Shown piece after piece: positions 63,501-64,000 of a DNA stretch of 64,000 bases; positions within the stretch are counted from its first letter, which is position 1; every line of letters starts with the position of its first letter. The stretch comes from Pirellulales bacterium. Lineage in GTDB: Bacteria; Planctomycetota; Planctomycetia; Pirellulales; JAICIG01. The notes beneath the pieces were generated by a model, which saw only the letters and a program-made list of their open reading frames with translations, ran no database searches and was not told where the DNA came from. Location of the stretch: positions 4,139-68,138 of the forward strand of contig DATLUO010000088.1 of the NCBI GenBank assembly GCA_035533075.1, written 5' to 3'. The position numbers were made by a program, and so were the translations under genes.

Positions 63501-64000
63501 GTCGTCGGCACGGCGGACGTGTATTCCAGCGCGATCGACCCTGAAATGCCATCGAGGCTGCCGCCGCCAATCATTACCGACGCGACCGAAAACGCGGACC
63601 TTGCGAAACCGCTGTCTGGATAATCACGTCCCAACCATAGCGTGCCGGTCGTGCCGGTAACGGCGACCGCTCCCGAGGCGACGGCCGCGTCGGCCGTGGT
63701 AATCTCCGTCGTCGCACTGGACGGTGTGTTCTGAATCAAAGTCGAGATGGCGTCGTCGCGGGGCAGTTGCAGGCTGAGTCCGTAATCCTTGATGAGGCCC
63801 GAGAAGTTGGGATCGACCTTCACGCCATCGGCCAGATTCTGAAAGTGGACCGTTCCCCCGGCGACTCCCGTCAATTGCGAGTCGGTGAGCACGACGTCGG
63901 GCGGATTCTGCGGCGTCGACACGGCCGCGGAGTCGGCCACGATGCGCAATGTGGCGTTCGTCACACTGACGTCGGCGGTCACCGTGTCGCGCAGGCTCGA
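57593..64000 (-). CDS. Giant surface protein (more than 2135 aa, N-terminus outside the window) with Ig-like domains, GloVer-type tandem repeats and a dockerin-like C-terminus
   Basis: ORF 57593..63982, and the frame stays open to the window edge. There are seven ~47-aa repeats (...GANGEGTVFELNPSTGALTTLYTFSGADGAYPYSGLIMDGGGHLYGTT...). Ig-like segments are present (PLAIHTLGATVGENLLTFAASGLPDGLNIDAHSGSISGTI...). The C-terminus is FGDVTGN...NADINGAGAVTPNDRLLAAKSVG. Confidence 0.85.
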   Translation of the reverse strand, partial: SSLRDTVTADVSVTNATLRIVADSAAVSTPQNPPDVVLTDSQLTGVAGGTVHFQNLADGVKVDPNFSGLIKDYGLSLQLPRDDAISTLIQNTPSSATTEITTADAAVASGAVAVTGTTGTLWLGRDYPDSGFARSAFSVASVMIGGGSLDGISGSIALEYTSAVPTTIDDHANSMPTQGTLSLGPASTDANNNFVGYYPLEFDTPHPIYLGYAFNNRTLPLPLDIRGAAQSHFTVTYSPVGTRLFAGAGGTVDVTQDAFSTAPSLAIFGAAAVHVLFSYYPDGAPITVEADPARPLDSTDLTVAYNDSNPPTAINLAAAGNGFEALTGTYSPYDAPGQIDYEAATTHLAVSGGISSSFTVTDTGAGGTTIGPGYTQLYVQGTDGPLTLSDGPATHLALGNAGSVQALHGEIDILANNSAQPPLPVVVDDSADGTGRTIGVSLDESGNTLVSGLAPALIKVFDTRATIAIAGGSGGNLLVGPDIADSWQITGADSGTVDGNVSFAGVGSLQGGMAADTFAFQRSGSLSGHLDGGPGFDTLDYSAAGLTGSEPFDLAHDVAPRVAGPVTNIEYATLILFQIDDQTSLAGTTIVPLAIHTLGATVGENLLTFAASGLPDGLNIDAHSGSISGTITDRAVADTPYQVTITATDGTSTALTTFRWTVAPDFSLVNPGNQTNNNGDAVTLPIQSANVHDKPLQFSATGLPTGLTIDKVTGVISGTIAVSQSSVDAVTVALTNGVTTLTAPFSWTVSAQRVITVATFDQAGHSINQVHAGQPFNLQFDARFGSALDTTYNGYLYLYGYGYIYVYAGVGQIDGYTFNSPGSQTQTFYDFLDAQYGSFTINVGPPSPLTGIGVDIQATTNIPFTGIVASFTDTNQAAAASDFTASIDWGDGATSAGTVTANSTGGFDVSGTQTYALAGSYPIDVTVSDSPGDVLASTAGNAAVLSPVTMTAPADGTLTNNNEPTLSAITSGGAYSVQFQYTSDGGITWNDVGVAETAAPFSFSFTSPLPDGAYEAQAIATDGAGDSFTAVPVSFTIDTVAPIVSITSPAAGSVGNNGQPTISGVAGAASGDTNRINVYIYSGADTTGTLEETLPTRANGGFYSVQAGASESGALPDGVYTAQASQADGAGNLGQSNLVTFLIDTKAPTVSITVAVNGNQPTLSAIAADNSGGSGLASVQFQYSADGGVSWVDAGPAETAAPFNYTFSTALSVGSYLARATATDNAGNSATTAASFASIVSFSGANSYAGLVTDGKGNLYGTTYNGGANGEGTVFELNPSTGALTTLYTFSGADGAYPYSGLIMDGGGHLYGTTLGDGTHNQGTVFKLDPGTGLLTTLATFNGANGATPYASLIMDGSGNLYGTTYYGGGANGEGTVFELNPSTSALTTLYTFGGADGAYPYAGLVMDGGGNLYGTTTSGGGDTDGTVFKLNPSKGLLTTLATFNGANGATPYAGLIMDGSGNLYGATYYGGDANSEGTVFELTQTNGATVLTTLAMFNGANGAYPYAGLTMDGSGNLYGTASQGGDNGHGTVFELNPTAGVLNTLVEFHGADGASPYAPLTFDSRSGLFYGTTSGSDNGNGTVFELTPATFTIKAAAPTVVSIGPVSPSPRNVDLAADDVTFSEPIDLTNFDFSAVTLSLNGGTNLINSGATISLVSGTTATYRIAGLDTLTTADGTYILSVDASHVRDLGGNLGIGGASVSWLMDATPPTGSSVAPLPQRASSLTFNVTVNPGADPVSGGVASGIVSYDIYAASAPTGSSSLGAFSLWTTVPAGKLTATFTAQSNTTYAFHSVARDAAGNIEAKGTNVIEASTYVPDLTPPITQINADAANAVGTFTLAYSGTSPGGSGIETFLLAVQVDGGPIQQIATLPGGTPVAGVYSGQTEYQGLTDGQKHTYTFSIQGISGNGIAETSHSAPPVTQTFAVPAAPQATIFVVEKGLSERSYIRYLDVTFNEPVSSLTLDAAHVRLAHYGLDGATLINDVDLTDRIALIDHVMEIDFGAGGIGGNENLPALLADWTKLILDDGYYKLTIDPDGTGKHDIEEDFYRLFGDVTGNATGGVATTGSSSGGDLIGQVSKADVAAVTAAVGQVATAANPLLNADINGAGAVTPNDRLLAAKSVGRHLASGLHLDD
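59235..60290 (-). repeat. Coding tandem repeats (about 141-nt unit; alternate units nearly identical at the DNA level)
   Basis: For example, 59590-59700 and 59900-60010 share long identical stretches (CCGTCCATGATGAG.C.GGCGTAAGGAGTAGCCCCGTTGGCGCCGTTGAAGGTGGCGAG.GTCGTGAGCAG). Confidence 0.8.

Overview
This is a high-GC bacterial chromosome segment. Single 60-nt lines that I counted by hand range from about 52% to 70% GC. The gene families present point to Planctomycetota, probably Pirellulales-like, but that is an inference, not a search result. Those families are a DUF1559 prepilin-like H-X9-DG protein, DUF1501, two PSD1/DUF1549/DUF1553 proteins with planctomycete cytochrome-c CxxCH motifs, a PEP-CTERM protein and a giant repeat protein. 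I support about 45 protein genes, one tRNA-Lys(UUU), no rRNA and no CRISPR array. Recognisable housekeeping genes include a pabB/trpE-like fragment with its amidotransferase partner, a DsbD-like reductase, an aminotransferase, cysK, a dus-family gene, a dGTPase-like gene, a HIT protein, rpsT and a cobA-hemD fusion. There are two two-component systems, one of them NtrC/sigma54-type. Many long ORFs in the track are antisense artefacts of high GC and were discarded. The most accessory part is an island of about 12 kb (roughly 13.99-26.45 kb) packed with toxin-antitoxin-like modules, gene fragments and repeats. At its core is a tightly coupled three-gene operon at 17849-24239 on the minus strand: an unknown 402-aa protein, a two-HKD PLD-family nuclease and an SF2 helicase. 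I rank this operon as the best candidate for an anti-phage defence system. It may be related to the helicase+PLD systems I recall (Azaca-like), but that cannot be verified here. The window is also rich in structured repeats. These include a 43-bp palindromic REP-like family at six intergenic loci, one of which lies inside a signal-peptide coding region. There is a second REP-like family of about 100 bp in inverted orientation around the island, a 4 x 133-bp tandem array downstream of the tRNA, and GA-rich inverted repeats. A 129-bp intergenic spacer between a histidine kinase and its response regulator consists almost entirely of heptanucleotide tandem repeats. All start sites, family names and functional calls come from motif recognition by eye. 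No database search was possible.
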